Assembly: GCA_964019425.1 (NCBI GenBank)
Contig: OZ025793.1
Span: 1,178,001-1,242,000, forward strand
Length of the DNA: 64,000 nucleotides
Direction of reading: 5' to 3'
DNA from: Flectonema sp. DT1601
Taxonomy: Eukaryota
The notes beneath the pieces were generated by a model that made no database searches, had not been told where the DNA came from, and saw only the letters and a list, made by a program, of their open reading frames with translations. Below, in pieces: positions 24,101-37,676 of this stretch. A program made the translations under genes and the position numbers. Position 1 is the first letter of the stretch, and each line of letters opens with the position of its first letter.

Positions 24101-27100
24101 TTCAAAATAGAATACCAGAACCACCTGATGTCACTCCAGCTGAAAAACAAAAGATTAATGACGATTTGAGAATTTCATTAAAAACAGCGTTGGAGTCTGT
24201 TGCCAATGCTGATCCTAGGTTTACTTTTATCTATGCTTTTATACCAACGATTGAAGACATTGATTTTATAGAGCTTTGGGAATTCATGTACGACTTATCA
24301 ACAGAAATAATAAAGAGTGCCCGGATAGCTGGATACGTCGCAACTGCTTCTGGGGCATTAGCAATGGCTGCGAACTGGTTGTTACTAAACAACAACATCC
24401 CAAAGGTAATGAAGTCTATTCGTAGAAACAGACCAATAGAACCCCTCGTACGTTCAAAGGCTCAATGCGTTATAGCTGATCGATATGTTGGATTGCAAGC
24501 TATGCATTTGGTGTTGGCGTATTTTATAATATTCTCACTTGTGTTTCTCATTATGCTCATAGTCCTCACGCCTTCGATAACAACAGCAGTCAAAAGAGCG
24601 TTGGAAACGGTTGCGATAACAGCAGTCTTAACATCACTGGCTACAGTAATCATGGAACTGTTTGTAAAATTAACATGGGCAACTGGTGATAGAGTAAGAC
24701 ATCCTTTACCGTATAGCAGATGGCAATTATTAGCTATCGTACTGCATACTGTCAGTGGAATGGTTACTACTATTGTTAGGTGGATAAAGTCTATTATGGC
24801 ACAGACAGTAGTATTTGCACGTCTTGATCTCGACCTGTTCCCTGCAGGATTAAAGTTCTTAGACACTGGCTATTGGAGTTATCACTCAATGGTTTATGTT
24901 CATGAGACTCATAACAATCCAATTCTAAGAGTATTCTTATCAATTACAATGACCGATGTGTTTGTTTCTGATGTTGAGCCTGCGTCAACACCAGAAGTTC
25001 ATAAAATAAGAATTCGGATGTTATGCAGTCGATCTGATTCATTGGATCCTCATATTACCAAACTAATTGTTTACACAGACAGAGAACCAACTGCTTTGGA
25101 TGGTTCTGTTTTAGTTCAAACTGATAGAACTTCAAATCATGATCTTCGTTTTTTTAGATCACCTCTGCCGACTATGACGGCTTCAAAGTCTGGTTGCGGC
25201 TGTTGTATCTGCGGTCAATCAGAACTAGCAAGGTTTTATTCACCTCCTGCTGAAGAAGTTGGATATCTGTATTATCGTTTGATATCTCTGAATAGTAATT
25301 GTGAGGATGCTACTAAACCTCTTGTTGCTGTCGATACTCAATTTCAACTACAAACGACTGATGGAATTACTCGTCTCGGAAGTACCAGAGAACAGAATGG
25401 TGTTCGTTATATTTGTAGTCTCGATAAGAGTTCTCGAGTAAAGTCTTTTAAAATTATGAAACCTTCGCGCGATCCTAAAGAAGAAAGTACTGAAGACCTA
25501 ACAGTTCAATACTTACTACTGGCTTCACATGATACTTTTCTTTGGTGTGTCTACCACGACACAGAGAAGGATGATGAAGACACTACTGATAGTGAAACCA
25601 TCTGTGGTGATCCTCATGGCTTGTTGTGTATTTGTTATCACTGCTATGGAAGTAGAGCTGTATCTGAGAATGATCCTCGTTCTCTTATTGAAGTTCCACT
25701 AATCCAGACAACAGAGAGTCCTCATTGTTTGGAATATCGTCTTCTATCACCAGTGAAACATATAAGAGGTTATGCAATAATAACATCCTCTGATGAACCT
25801 GATTGTGATCCAATTAGTTGGGCTGTTGAAATACGAGGTAAGAATATCACTCCTGTTAAGAAGGAAAAGGTTAGAGCTCGACAACCAAATCTTTGGATAC
25901 TAATCCATGAAGTAATAAAGACAAGGTGTATTCCATTACACAGAAAGGCTCCAACAGTGATATTTCCATGTTGGTCGAGAGGGAGTGTCCGAAGCCTCGA
26001 ATCTCTCGAGGGAGCTGTAGCAAACATAAAAAGAAAAACAATACTGTTACCAGCCTTACGAGACATGATGTTAATTAGAATCAGACACATGTACGGAATT
26101 GAAGGACGACTTCTCTCAAAACACAATCCACACCCTGATGAGAGTGACGATTCAAAAGTATCACCGGAACCTTTATTTATATCATCAAGAGAGAGAGATG
26201 CATACAGAAGAATAAAATGTCACAAAGGTAAGTGGGCGATGGCATTCCTACTAATTATGAATCCTTCACTGTTACAACATCGAAAAAACAGACGCATGAC
26301 TACTGCGAGCATCTCTGGAAGAGGTACGTCCTCAACGAGAATGATACAAATAGGACCTCCCCCTGTACGAAGTACTAATATTGAGCTTCAAGCGAATACT
26401 GCTATCCTTCGTAACAGACTTACATCAGTTTGGAGACAAGGTGAGTTGACTTCTTCTGATCAATCTCAGAGACGTAAAAGTCGTATTCAAAGTCGGATAA
26501 GTCTGATGACTCAAGTTAAACTAGCTGCGACTAATACATTATCATCTACTCTAAGGAACATTCCTTTGGTGTTTAGTCCTCGTTCTAAGACTCTTAATAA
26601 GACTTTGAGTTGCTCGAGTTCACAACTTTACTCGACCACGTATCGATACTCTGAACAGTTACAGAGTGTTCGAATTGATGTTGCGAATCGAAAGAGTTAC
26701 GCAGATAGTTTTTGGTTTTTAGATTTGATATCTGAAAATGTCATCTCCGCACGACTCGATCAGCAAAACGTGACGGAGCAGTTTAAGAAATTGTTAGAAA
26801 TAAAACAGCCGAGGGAAGCTTTAAACCTTTCTGTATTTATGACTAATAATAATTCAAAAGAAGAATTATTTATTTCTTATACAACTCCTGTTTGGTTATC
26901 AACTTGTATGATTTCACACAGAACTCCTGCGAGTCATCCGTATCCAACTGTTTCGTTCACGTCAACTATATCGAGAGTGAATGGTTGTTGGTTAGTAGGA
27001 CCCAAGATACCACTTGCAGGACCAGCTTACTCGTTAATAATGAGCAAACCAACACCTGTAATGAATATATCAGATTCTGTGATTTCTTGGAGTGTCTGGG

Positions 27101-27150
27101 ACTGCGAACAAGAACAGTGGATAGATACTGTCACTGTTACATTTGAGTAG
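18141..27150 (+). CDS. Giant membrane protein (~2935 aa): Ig-like beta-rich ectodomain plus STRA6/RBP-receptor-like core; exons 18141-20765, 20837-22253, 22318-23098, 23166-27150
   Basis: Three GTATGT..AACAG introns (20766-20836, 22254-22317, 23099-23165) join four ORFs in frame. Repeated QP.V.V.D..GN.L.G motifs, several TM helices, and STRA6-like segments RLDLDLFPAGLKFLDTGYWSYHSMVYVHETHNNPILRVF and KWAMAFLLIMNPSLLQHRK. Confidence 0.8.
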
Positions 27151-27431
27151 CTGAACCACTTCACTTACACATTTCATTTACACATATCTAAATCCTTTTC
27201 AGGATGTTTTATTTAGTGAAGACGCCTTTTTCAGGATTTTGTTGTTGTGCTCTTTTCTTAAATCCTCCTCTGTAATACGTTAGACAGCTTCTCTGTGAGT
27301 GACATTTATCTACTTTCTGTTGAAGTAAAGCCAAGTCAATCCTTTACAGGATGTGTTTTACTCCCTTCTTGGTATCTCATTCAGTTTGTTTATTTTAATT
27401 ACTAACTTTTTTATTTTTAATAACAGGTGCG

Positions 27432-30400
27432 ATGGAGCCGAGCTCCTCAGTGATAAGCACCACATCACTAAAAGAATGGAAAGGAAAACCTGAAATAGGT
27501 ACTGGATGGACCTGTGCTGGATTCATACCCGGGGAAGGACTACTAGTACACAGTGTTGACCCAAAGGCTGATCGTGTGAGGGCTAAGATTGGTGTCTTAA
27601 GAGAGAATGATGTTAAAATTAAATTAACAGAATCAATAGAAGGCTTCAGTAAGATAGACCCCAAACTAATCAGTAAAGGAGTAGTGATTTCAGTAACTGA
27701 AGATGGACAGTTTATTGCTCTGGCAGGTGTGAGAAAACGAATTGGAGGATACCTAGCAATATGGGGAAAACGAGGACCAAAGAGACAACTTGTACATCAA
27801 GAGAAAGACAGTGGTTCACTAACTTCAGCCCCTCGTATTCTTGGAATTGATAAACAGGTTAGACCAAGAGCTGTTAAGATTTCACCATCTGGACAAGTTG
27901 TCGTCATAACAACTCACAGTTACAAGCGTCGGATATGGAAGACTAGAAACACTCCTCAAAACCTGGAGTCTTGGTCAGGTATCTGGCTGACTCTACAAGA
28001 ACCTTCACCCCCAAGTGTAGGATCTGTTGGTGATATTACATTCCCATCTCGTACTTCAATATTCATAACAACAGCAACAGTTGGGTCTGCATCATCTGGT
28101 TGTGAGACCTTCCAATTCTGGACTGCCTGCGAAGGCACCCCAGCCATTCACTCACCATCAAAAATAGGTAAAAAGTCCATTAAGAAACCCTGTTTAATAC
28201 TACGCCAACAAACAATAACCCTCCCAGACACTGAGAGGGGAGGAAGTATTGATTGTAAGAGCTCAGAGTATGCAACACCATTACCTGTAGATGAGTCATG
28301 GACAGGACAACCCTCAGCAGTAATACAACAAGGTATTAGTGTGAAATGGGATTCTGAATCAGCTCTCGTCGCCATCAGTATCGGATCTAATGGTGGCTCA
28401 AGGGTTTTATTTGCTGCACCTGGACAGTCAGTATGCCAATGCGTCTCATTGCCTATTGAGATCGCAAAAGCAGATGAAATTCAATGGTGGGGATCAGACA
28501 CTCTGTTAACGTGTTTGGATTCATCTACGGGTCGATTTTGCATCATCCCAAGACTCGGTCATCTCCCTGTAAAAATAAAATACAGCCACCAAGAACAAAA
28601 CACCCTGCTGATATCACCTGCCAGTCAGAGTTCGGTCAGCAGTATGCTTCTTTCTCAAGTTAAAAAGCCTCATGCTTTCAGATTTACGGCGATTGGAAAG
28701 GCGTTAACAACAGGACAACGGTTGTTGATTAGTAATGGTGCGTCAGTTTTGAGAATCTCATTCACCTTTAATTGCAGAAATACAAATATTGAAGCGATCA
28801 CAGCATCAGCACTTCCTCAATGGTTAGGACCTCTGTCTGGGATTATGAGGTACTTGACTACTCAAAGAAGGCATTCTGTTAAACAAGTAAAAGCTGTTTG
28901 TAGCTCTGTCACGAGTTGTATTGCTGCTGAATCATCTTCATTAGATCAAATTGATTCCAGAGGAATAACTAAAAGTATCGTAGCAGCACTAAAGCAATAC
29001 ACAGAAAATATAACATCTCTGTGGTGGTCTGTTGGGTGTTTAGGACTGGCTTGTCTTCCAATTGTTGTTGTTGTGTTTCATCATCTCACTGCTGGTGTCG
29101 TTCAATTACTCGTACACAAATTAGTGCGAAGTGTTTCCCTATCAGAAACCCTACAGTCCTTAGATAGTACTTATCACATATTGAAATGGGGTGAAAAACA
29201 ATTCTCTAAAATGGTATCTTTTGATAAAAAATCACCAAAACCAACAGTAGAATGGTATTTAAAAGGCTACTGGGTAGTACTCTACCGCCAAGTAGATAGC
29301 ATAGCTGCGAAAATTGAGAAGAAGAAGGGTACGCATCTGCAGGGATTTCGATCCCTCAGAGACGCTGTTTTATCGAAATTAAAGAAACATTGTCCTGAAG
29401 AAGGAGAACCAGAACATCCTGAAGGTATACTTAAAGGACATGATGCTTACTTAGCAGGGATGACTGAACATGGTATTCAACATTACCAGAAAGCTGACAG
29501 AGTTGATTGTGCTTTCTCATTACGACTTCTTGAAGGTACAGTTACGGAGATCATCGAACACGCTTCTCTTTCAATTCAAAGTTCTCTACAAAGTTGGGAT
29601 AATAATATCTACCTCGTTCACGCGCCTTCTCTTCGAAGAGAGAAGTGCTCTGAAACCCGTCTTTGCGATGCTTTTTCTGCTCTCTTAACTGGATTGTTGT
29701 TCAAACAACCAGCCTACGTGCTTCCACCAATCCTCTGCTCTGCTATATCTGACTTGGTAGTGATTGGCGAGGGGAACACTTCGTACGAAGCACTTTCTGC
29801 AAAGGTTCAGAATGAAGAATTTCGAAGAATAATGACATCATTCTTATCACCAGTCTCTGTGCGATCATCTGAATCAGAATTACTATCAAGTCTGTTGTGT
29901 GAGTTGTATTGCATTACAGGATTACCTTTAGAGGCTCTTCATATTGCTTTATTATTTAGAAGGACTGCTAGCTTAACTCATATCTTAAGAATACTTGCCT
30001 GGCACACTACTGGACAGCAATCTTTACACGGATGGCCGGATACTTCCAGTTGTCATATCCAACCAGCTAGTGATCACAGATCATTATTTCAGGGATACAA
30101 GAGGTGTAGAAACTTCATAAAGGAGACGATGCTTGCTAAAGACGAGACATCAAAACTGTACGTCGAGACAGTACAAGATCCTAACAACATGGTAAGAGGT
30201 GGGTGGGTATGCTCTCACTGTATGGAGGAATGCTTAACTTTATTTGCCTTGAAAAGTATTCGAGAGGGAGACCCAATTCAAACCCAAACATTGTTGAGTA
30301 GCGCAGTGGCAACACCGAAATTCAGATCATCGGTTTGTCGAGTTGTGGTGCAGACAGCGCGAGAGATTTTGAGTCAGATCCCAATATTTGATCCACGTTG

Positions 30401-33400
30401 TTCTCAACGAGGTGTTGCTTCACCATCATCCTTGTTCGCTCAGATTCTAAAACAGCATAATGGCAAAGATGAGGATCTCTCTTTATCTCCAGAGCTCTCT
30501 TCTGCACTCAATGGAAAGCTTCCTTCTCTCTCAACTCCTCCAATGGAACGAATCAAACTAGTCGCTCGATTGCTTGCCTGGGCTCTCATATTCTTAGCAC
30601 CGTCTTCAGAACCATCTCGTTGTTCGAGGAGCCTTCTGAAGCTTATTGCTCATTATAAATCTGAGTATGGAACTCCTCATCCAGACTCTCGACAAGAAAG
30701 TGATAATGAGGTGACTAATATCTTCAGTTACTTGTTTGCAGCTCAGTGTTGGCATTATGTGCACGCGAATTCCTATTGTGGTGAGGGAACTGTTTTAGGT
30801 GTTCCCGACAGTTGGAGATCGACTGGAGAAGAACAACAAGAATCACACACTACTAAAGTTGCTGCTGAGTTCAGCAGTAAGCTACTCTACTGGAGTAGAG
30901 ACATCTGGAGGCAAGATGAGGTTCAAAGGAGTTGTCTGAGTTGTTTAGAATTGTGTAGTGATGATGACGCTATAAATATTGCATTATCAAAAGCATTCTA
31001 TGAAGAATCAACAATAGACTGCCCAATGACTATATCAGTATCTACAAAGGGTCAATACAATAGAATTAAAAACGAACTACCGGAAGCTATGAAGAGCTCC
31101 CTGGTTCCTACACAAAAAACCACCTTCGACAGCTACTACTCTCAACCGGATTCTATGGCACAGCAAGAGGTTGATATGGATGCGTTAGCGACTAGGTTTT
31201 CATTTCGAAGTAAGATGTTCGAGGTAGATGCGACTTATTGGGAAATGATAAGTTCACTTGTAACAGATAATATTATAAGTAACATTGACCCTCCTGAGAG
31301 TCAAGTTGGCACTGAACCTTACACTGAACTTGCTTACACAACAGCTTTAATAAACCGAGCAGCTAATCAATCATCAGAGTCGAGTGTTATTCTTCCATTT
31401 GGTACAACTCCTGTGAGTGGTGTCGTCCGCGCTCTATTCTCTAAAACAACTTCGTCAGGAGAAGGTGCTGGTGAAGATCAGGTTCCGACTAAATTCACAG
31501 ATGGCAATAAAACAGTTACAAAGAAAACGCGTTCTCAGCCTGTCAAAGAGTATGCTGCTGACTCGGGATCTAAGACTGTCGTTCCTTCAAAAGAAATCAT
31601 CCAATTAACAAAACTAAAGAAAGTCGCACCTCCAACAGTTTCCACTACAATAAATTCACCAACTCTTGTAAGGGAAGGTTCCAATGCAGTTCCGGTGTCG
31701 CCAGGAGGTGCTTCTCCTCGACTGGTACCTGACGCATCTCTCGGAATAGTTAGGCAACAACAACAATCAATACCAACCCGAGATGCTTTCCTACCCTCAC
31801 AGTTTGCTGGATTATCTGAAGGAGGAATGTTGTTAGAAATACCACCAACTCCACCTCAGTCAAGTAAAACAATAATTGATGAGTTGTTTTTGCGAGGAGT
31901 AAGACAAGAAGATCCAACACAGTACTTACCAATATCAAAGACAATACCTCCACCATCATGTTCTGGGACTAGCATAACACAAGGAACTACTTATACAGAA
32001 TCAGGAACTACAATGACATCAGTATCACCTTCTCTGTCTATTTCTGCCCCTACTTCGTCCGCTTTGGAAACACCGATTCCAGTAATGTCAAAATTAAAGA
32101 GAGGTAAAAAGATTGATGGAGGTAGAATTGCTCCTCTCATAGAACCTTATGTTGGGGTAACTCCTCCACGAAGGACTCACAAGAAAGAAAAGAACCGCCT
32201 TGAGAGTGAACACGACAACAGAGGTGTTAAAGAAGTACACTATCACTATAACGCAAAACATGATCATGCTTCTAAGCGAGATGGTCACGGAGGGAATGTA
32301 AGAACAAATAGCAATAAACATTGTAGTAAACATTCTCGTGGTCACGATTGTCGTAAGTGCGGAAGGAAGAAGAGCGAGAAGCAAGCTCGTAGACCGACTC
32401 AATTTCATCTCGAACCCCCACAAAAGGTTTCTGACACTCAAGTAGTTGGACTCAACATGCGACGAATACAACAACTTGGAGAACATCAGGCAGCTTCAAT
32501 GTATGACCAGCAACGTAAACCCCCACATGTCCTACAGCCACCAGATATCATACCTGTACCTACTTTAGTGAAACCATCCATCATTAACTTTGACTTGAAT
32601 CGACTACCAGGGAGTGGTGTGAAGACTGTTGATTCGACAACAACAAATCATCTTCCGAATGGTTTCTTATTGGATCCGAGAGTTTCATCAGTTGCTCCAC
32701 AGCGATTATCACCACCCAATGTAGTTAATAAGTTAGATCCAGAAATAGTAATTCCTGGAAACAAATACGGTGGAGACTCTCCCAGACTTACACTTTCTCC
32801 GAGTAGCCCAGTACCTCCCGCTGGTGTTAGTGTGGCACTTTCTCCAATGCAGGGAGGGTTGGTAAGTCCAGAAACACTTGAAAAACAGACCTCCTGTCTC
32901 CAAAGGACAACTGTAAACCAGCCAACGTCACCGATGACACCAGCGATTGCAGAATCCAGTGATGTGGAAGGAATTGTAAAGAAAACCCTTTCGGGAGTCT
33001 TTACTAATGCACCGGAAGGATTACCACCAGTTCCTCCTGCAGCAACACCGGTTACTCCGGGTATTGGTTCACCACTTCAGTCACCAGGTAGTTCTTTAGC
33101 GTCTCCGCACTTTTCTCAGACATTAGGAAATACTGCTGCTTCTGTCAATCTGGGACCAGCGTCTTCATTTAGAAGTCAAGCTGATGCTATTATCCAACAA
33201 CAGGCCCCAACAACAGCTGTTGGGCAACCTGTTTTATCTTCAATGGAAGAGTTGATGTATGCTAAATACATTAGTGAACTTGGTATTACTTCTGTTGATG
33301 CGGTCATTACTAGTTCTGCAGCGCCTCTGATAAAACACGTCGTACAGAAATCGGAGCCAGTAGAAGATATCAACGCTAAGCACGCAGCGATAATAGAGAT

Positions 33401-35255
33401 GGAGGAACGTAATAAGCAGTTGGCGACTATTGGAAGAGATATTCCAGTTAGCAACCAACCTGCGACAACTACAACAACAACAACTCAGCCTTCTTCAGAA
33501 CCTAGCGATCCCACCGATGGCAAGTCACAAGCAAAGCTTGAAGACCTGCTATCTCGTATGCTCGATCGGCAAGAATCTGTTGCCGCAAATGTTGGCAAAG
33601 AGCTCGCTGCGGCTTTTACGGAATCACTTAAGGTATGCGTCTTTTTATATTCTTTAGTCAGGAGGATATCATAGTCATCTCATCAAATTGATTGTAATTA
33701 ATTGTTAATTATTACATATTTAACAATACTAACAGGACCTTTCACCTTCCCTTAAAACTTCATTAGAACAGTCTCGAAAAGAGGGTCGAGAGCTTGAGCG
33801 AGAGGGAGTACTGAAATACTTGCAGGCTGAAGGAGTATGTGTTGTTTCTCTCTTTGGTGTTGTTTTTTTTTTATTTAAATTTTCCATTATAACTCACAAC
33901 AGACTGAGCTCCAACATCTTGCCAGAAGCCGACTGGCCCACCCTGAAGACGTAGGCGTTACAAGAGCTCTAAGGTCATCCTCACCCAGTGAATTGAATGA
34001 AGAGGAGTATAAGATTTGGGTTGAAAGACAGCGACAAACTATTGCTGGTATCTCTGAAAGACAATCCACATCAGAAAGACTTCTTACAAAACCTGAAAGT
34101 ACTAGTGCTGGAATGCAGACAGTTTTAGGCGCTGAAGATCTCGGATCTGGTGACGGATACCTCAGCGTTCGAGAAATATCAGCCAAAGAGAACGCAGTAG
34201 CTGAAGCAAGCTTGAGTCCAATCCAACCTCCGATAGAAAGAACTAACGCACAGGATGCCTTGACTGCGGAACTACTTGACGGTGACAACAAGTCGCCTGG
34301 TAGATCTTTCCTAAACATTCAAGATACACATCAACCACGTGATGCTATTCCTAAAATATCAGAAGTGCGAACTTGGCAAGTTCAAAGTGGATTAGATCGA
34401 CTCAACAGAGACATCGATGAAACTCTCCTAAGAGCAGACGCTGTAGATCGAACAATGAGAGAAGCCACAGCTGCTGTGCAATCATCTGAAGCTGTGATTA
34501 GAGATGCTGAACGACTTCGATCTAATAGATTAATCAATCAGTCTATTGATGTTTTGAGGGATGAAGCAGAACAGATTGAAAGCCGTCTAAACAGACCAAT
34601 GTATCAATCGCCTACAACTTACTCTCTCCCTTCGCAATCTGCTGCACCCATCACAGAGCGGCCAGTCGCAACTTCTTCGATTGCGGGTGATATTCGAATG
34701 GTTTCTCCTTCAGAGAAGAGACATTTCCTTCAAGACTTCATTGAGGAAGGTGCTTCAGGATCAGAACCATTCATATGGCAGAATGATACTGGAATAGGTG
34801 GGAGATATCAATCCCCTCGTCAGGCTGGTGTTTTAGAACCAACTCGAGTACCTGCTGTACTACTATCGAGTGACTCACTCCCACTAACTAGACAACAAGA
34901 AGTTGGTCGAGAAGAAGAGGTTACAGGATCACCTGGTGGATTATCAGTTGGATCTCCTCAGAGAGGTGGGCTTTCAGCAGCAACCTCAGCAGCTACACAA
35001 TTTCGTCCTTCATCTCGGAATGCTGTCAAAGAAGTGGAAGCATCTCCTCGTCCGATTCCTAAGCGTACTCAGAAGAGGCCGACTTCGTCATTACCCTTGA
35101 GCACTATCTCTGCTTCAACTGCGTACAACACAACCAGACCAGCTCGTAGAAAACCAACGACGACGGCACAAATGCCTCGGCGAAAGAATCCCTCTGTACC
35201 AGTGACATTACAGCGGCGATTAGATGAGTTAGATTCTATGTTGCGCGATGTCTAA
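27432..35255 (+). CDS. CPLANE1: CPLANE1 (JBTS17/C5orf42)-like ciliogenesis protein, ~2550 aa; exons 27432-33632, 33736-33834, 33903-35255
   Basis: N-terminal beta-propeller-like blocks are colinear with my recollection of CPLANE1: VISTTSLKEWK, RVRAKIGVL, GYLAIWGK, ISPSGQVVVIT, SGIW, EIQWWGSDTLLTC, RLLISNG. A helical region and a long disordered tail follow. Introns 33633-33735 and 33835-33902 restore the frame. Confidence 0.7.
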
Positions 35256-35470
35256 GTTATATAGTGGTTAGTTCCTTAATATTGTGTAAACAATAGATTT
35301 ACTATTCTTTTAATATTTGTTCTTTCAGAAAAAAAAAAAATTAAATAATACCCTTTTTTTTTTTTTCTTTTGTTAACCCTAACAAATAGATGTCCAATTT
35401 TTTGCTGTAGTTTTTTTGGTACTCACAGTATCCCCAGAGCTAGAATAGAGTATTATATTTATTAAAATCG

Positions 35471-35504
<34 letters not shown>

Positions 35505-35965
35505 TTAAGTCCAGCCGATAGAATTATTTTATTTCTTTCTTCTTTTTGTGTCAATATAACAAGTGGGAGTTATACTCTGCTTTTCTTTTTTTTTTTTTAA
35601 AAGACCGAACAAGTTCATATTAGTCGGTCAGAAGAATCCTGGCATTAAAATTATTTTTTATACTCAGTTCCTTCTCGCAACAAACACCGTAGATTCACCA
35701 TAAAACAGTTATAAGTTAAAATATACCAACGATTTTTTTTTCTTCTTTTTTTTTCTCTAAGAACACACACACAACAAAAAAAAAAAAAAAAAAAGGAAAA
35801 TTATAATTATAATTAAAATAGCGATAGATTTCTGAATTTCAGTTTTTCCCTAAAAAAGACACATCGACAACGAGTTTCTGATTATATAAAATCCATTTTT
35901 TTTTTCTTCTTCCTTCTCAACAGGTTTTCTTTGAAAAATCTAAAAAAAACTGAAAAAAAAAAAAG

Positions 35966-37425
35966 ATGATTGCAATACTGCTGCTTATTTTAACTACTTC
36001 AGTAACTCCATGTTGGGACATTAATCCAAATAGATGGTCCCTTCCGAGTATAGCAGCAGGTGGGACAGTAGTAAAAAAATTAGGTATTGGAACCATAAAG
36101 GTAAATTGTCTCGGAGGTATTGTAAATTCTGCTGGAGGAACCCCAGAATGGAGGGCTGCTCTGCGAGTTGATGGACAAGAATTCATAGATGCGACTCATC
36201 TACTAAACGCTTCGATACCATATCCTCATCAAGTTTTTAATAAAAACGGATCATGGGAACTCGCAATAATAAATTTAAACTATGTCAGATCATTATACAT
36301 GAATATCTCTGTTGATGTTGTATTTAGTCCTGTTGATATACCGACTCCTGTACCAACTGTTGGTCCAGAATACGTAGATTCAACATCGAGAATCGCATTA
36401 TTTTATGCCGCTGCTGCTTACGTTCCTCCACATGATCTCCTGTCATGGGACTTGTCAGAAACATGTTTGTCTGGAACAACATCAAATTTTACTGTTGTAG
36501 ATGTATTTGATGGTAGTAATCATTCTATTTATACTCCATTTGCTTTTGTTGGTATTGATCATGAGAGACAATGGATTGTCGTGTCTTTTAAAGGAACAAA
36601 TGGAACTTCTGACACCATCGCTGATCTGATCCAAATTTTTAATGGAGCTCTTTATTATCAACATGACTGCGTGATTAATGAATACATTACTGGTAAGACT
36701 CACAGTGGTTTTTGTGCTAATTATCAAGAACTTGTGGTATGGTTTTTTTTTTTTTTTTTTTTTTTTAAACAGAGATGGAATAAATAATAAAATAAGTAAA
36801 AAAAAAAAACACAGGGATTATCAATTAAAGAGAAGACAATAAAAGTGATGCAGCAATATTCTGATTATCCAGTCTTGATTACAGGTCATTCCCTTGGAGG
36901 TGCTTTGTGTTCTTTGTTTACATTGGATTTGACAACAACACTTCAAGCCACCAACCCTAAATGGTTGAAAAGACTGGTATCTTATACTTATGGACAACCT
37001 CGGGTGGGTGATGGGAGATTATCACCTGATTTACCATTATTATTTAGAGTAACTCATTCAAGCGATATTATTGTTCATTTGGTTTCATGTTGTTCAAACG
37101 GTAATAGTTGCCTTGATGCTGTGACATGTCCTCTTCATGGATCTCGTGAAGTTTGGTATCCAAACACTAACATGACTCTCAATTCATACAAAATATGTGA
37201 TCTTTCTGGAGAGGATCCTAACTGTAGTAACTCTCGTGTACCATCACTCTCAATTAATGATCATTTGTATTATTTTAATGTACAAGTTGGTGCTGTTTGG
37301 TATGTTATATATATTTTTTTTATAAACAAAAAAAAATATTCGCTCTTTTTTTTGAATTCATTTTTTTAAAACAAAAAAAAACACACTACAGTTATCCTAA
37401 CATATACGATGAAGAAGACGACTAA
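35966..37425 (+). CDS. Secreted class 3 lipase (~429 aa); exons 35966-36736, 36815-37299, 37392-37425
   Basis: Signal peptide; IVVSFKGTN, HSGF, ITGHSLGGAL, YTYGQPRVGD, RVTHSSDIIVHL, GEDPNCS and DHLYYF. Introns 36737-36814 and 37300-37391. Confidence 0.92.
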
Positions 37426-37676
37426 AAAACCATTTTTTTTTTTTTTTTTTTTGTGTAGTGATAGTGAAATTAGAAGCTGTAATATAGTTATATTCTCATA
37501 CTAACCTCTTAGTTGTTCTAAAGTAACCGTTTAATAATTGGCTGCTGTTTTTTTGTTTGCTGATTTAGTTTACACCGCTACTTAGTAGTTTGTTTTGTTA
37601 ACTTGTAAGGAGAAAATTAAAACAATTCATAACAGTAATAGGAATCTGATGATTGTATTCAAAGGAAAGAAAAAAT

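Noticed and set aside
35725..35735. ACCAACGATTT resembling my recollection of the 5' end of a diplonemid spliced leader
   Set aside because: Only 11 nt, running into a T-tract. The rest of the leader and the GT donor are missing.
35256..35965. Long A and T homopolymers as retroposon tails or a repeat family
   Set aside because: They occur in both orientations throughout introns and spacers, with no target-site duplications or element body. Lengths may be inflated by sequencing error.
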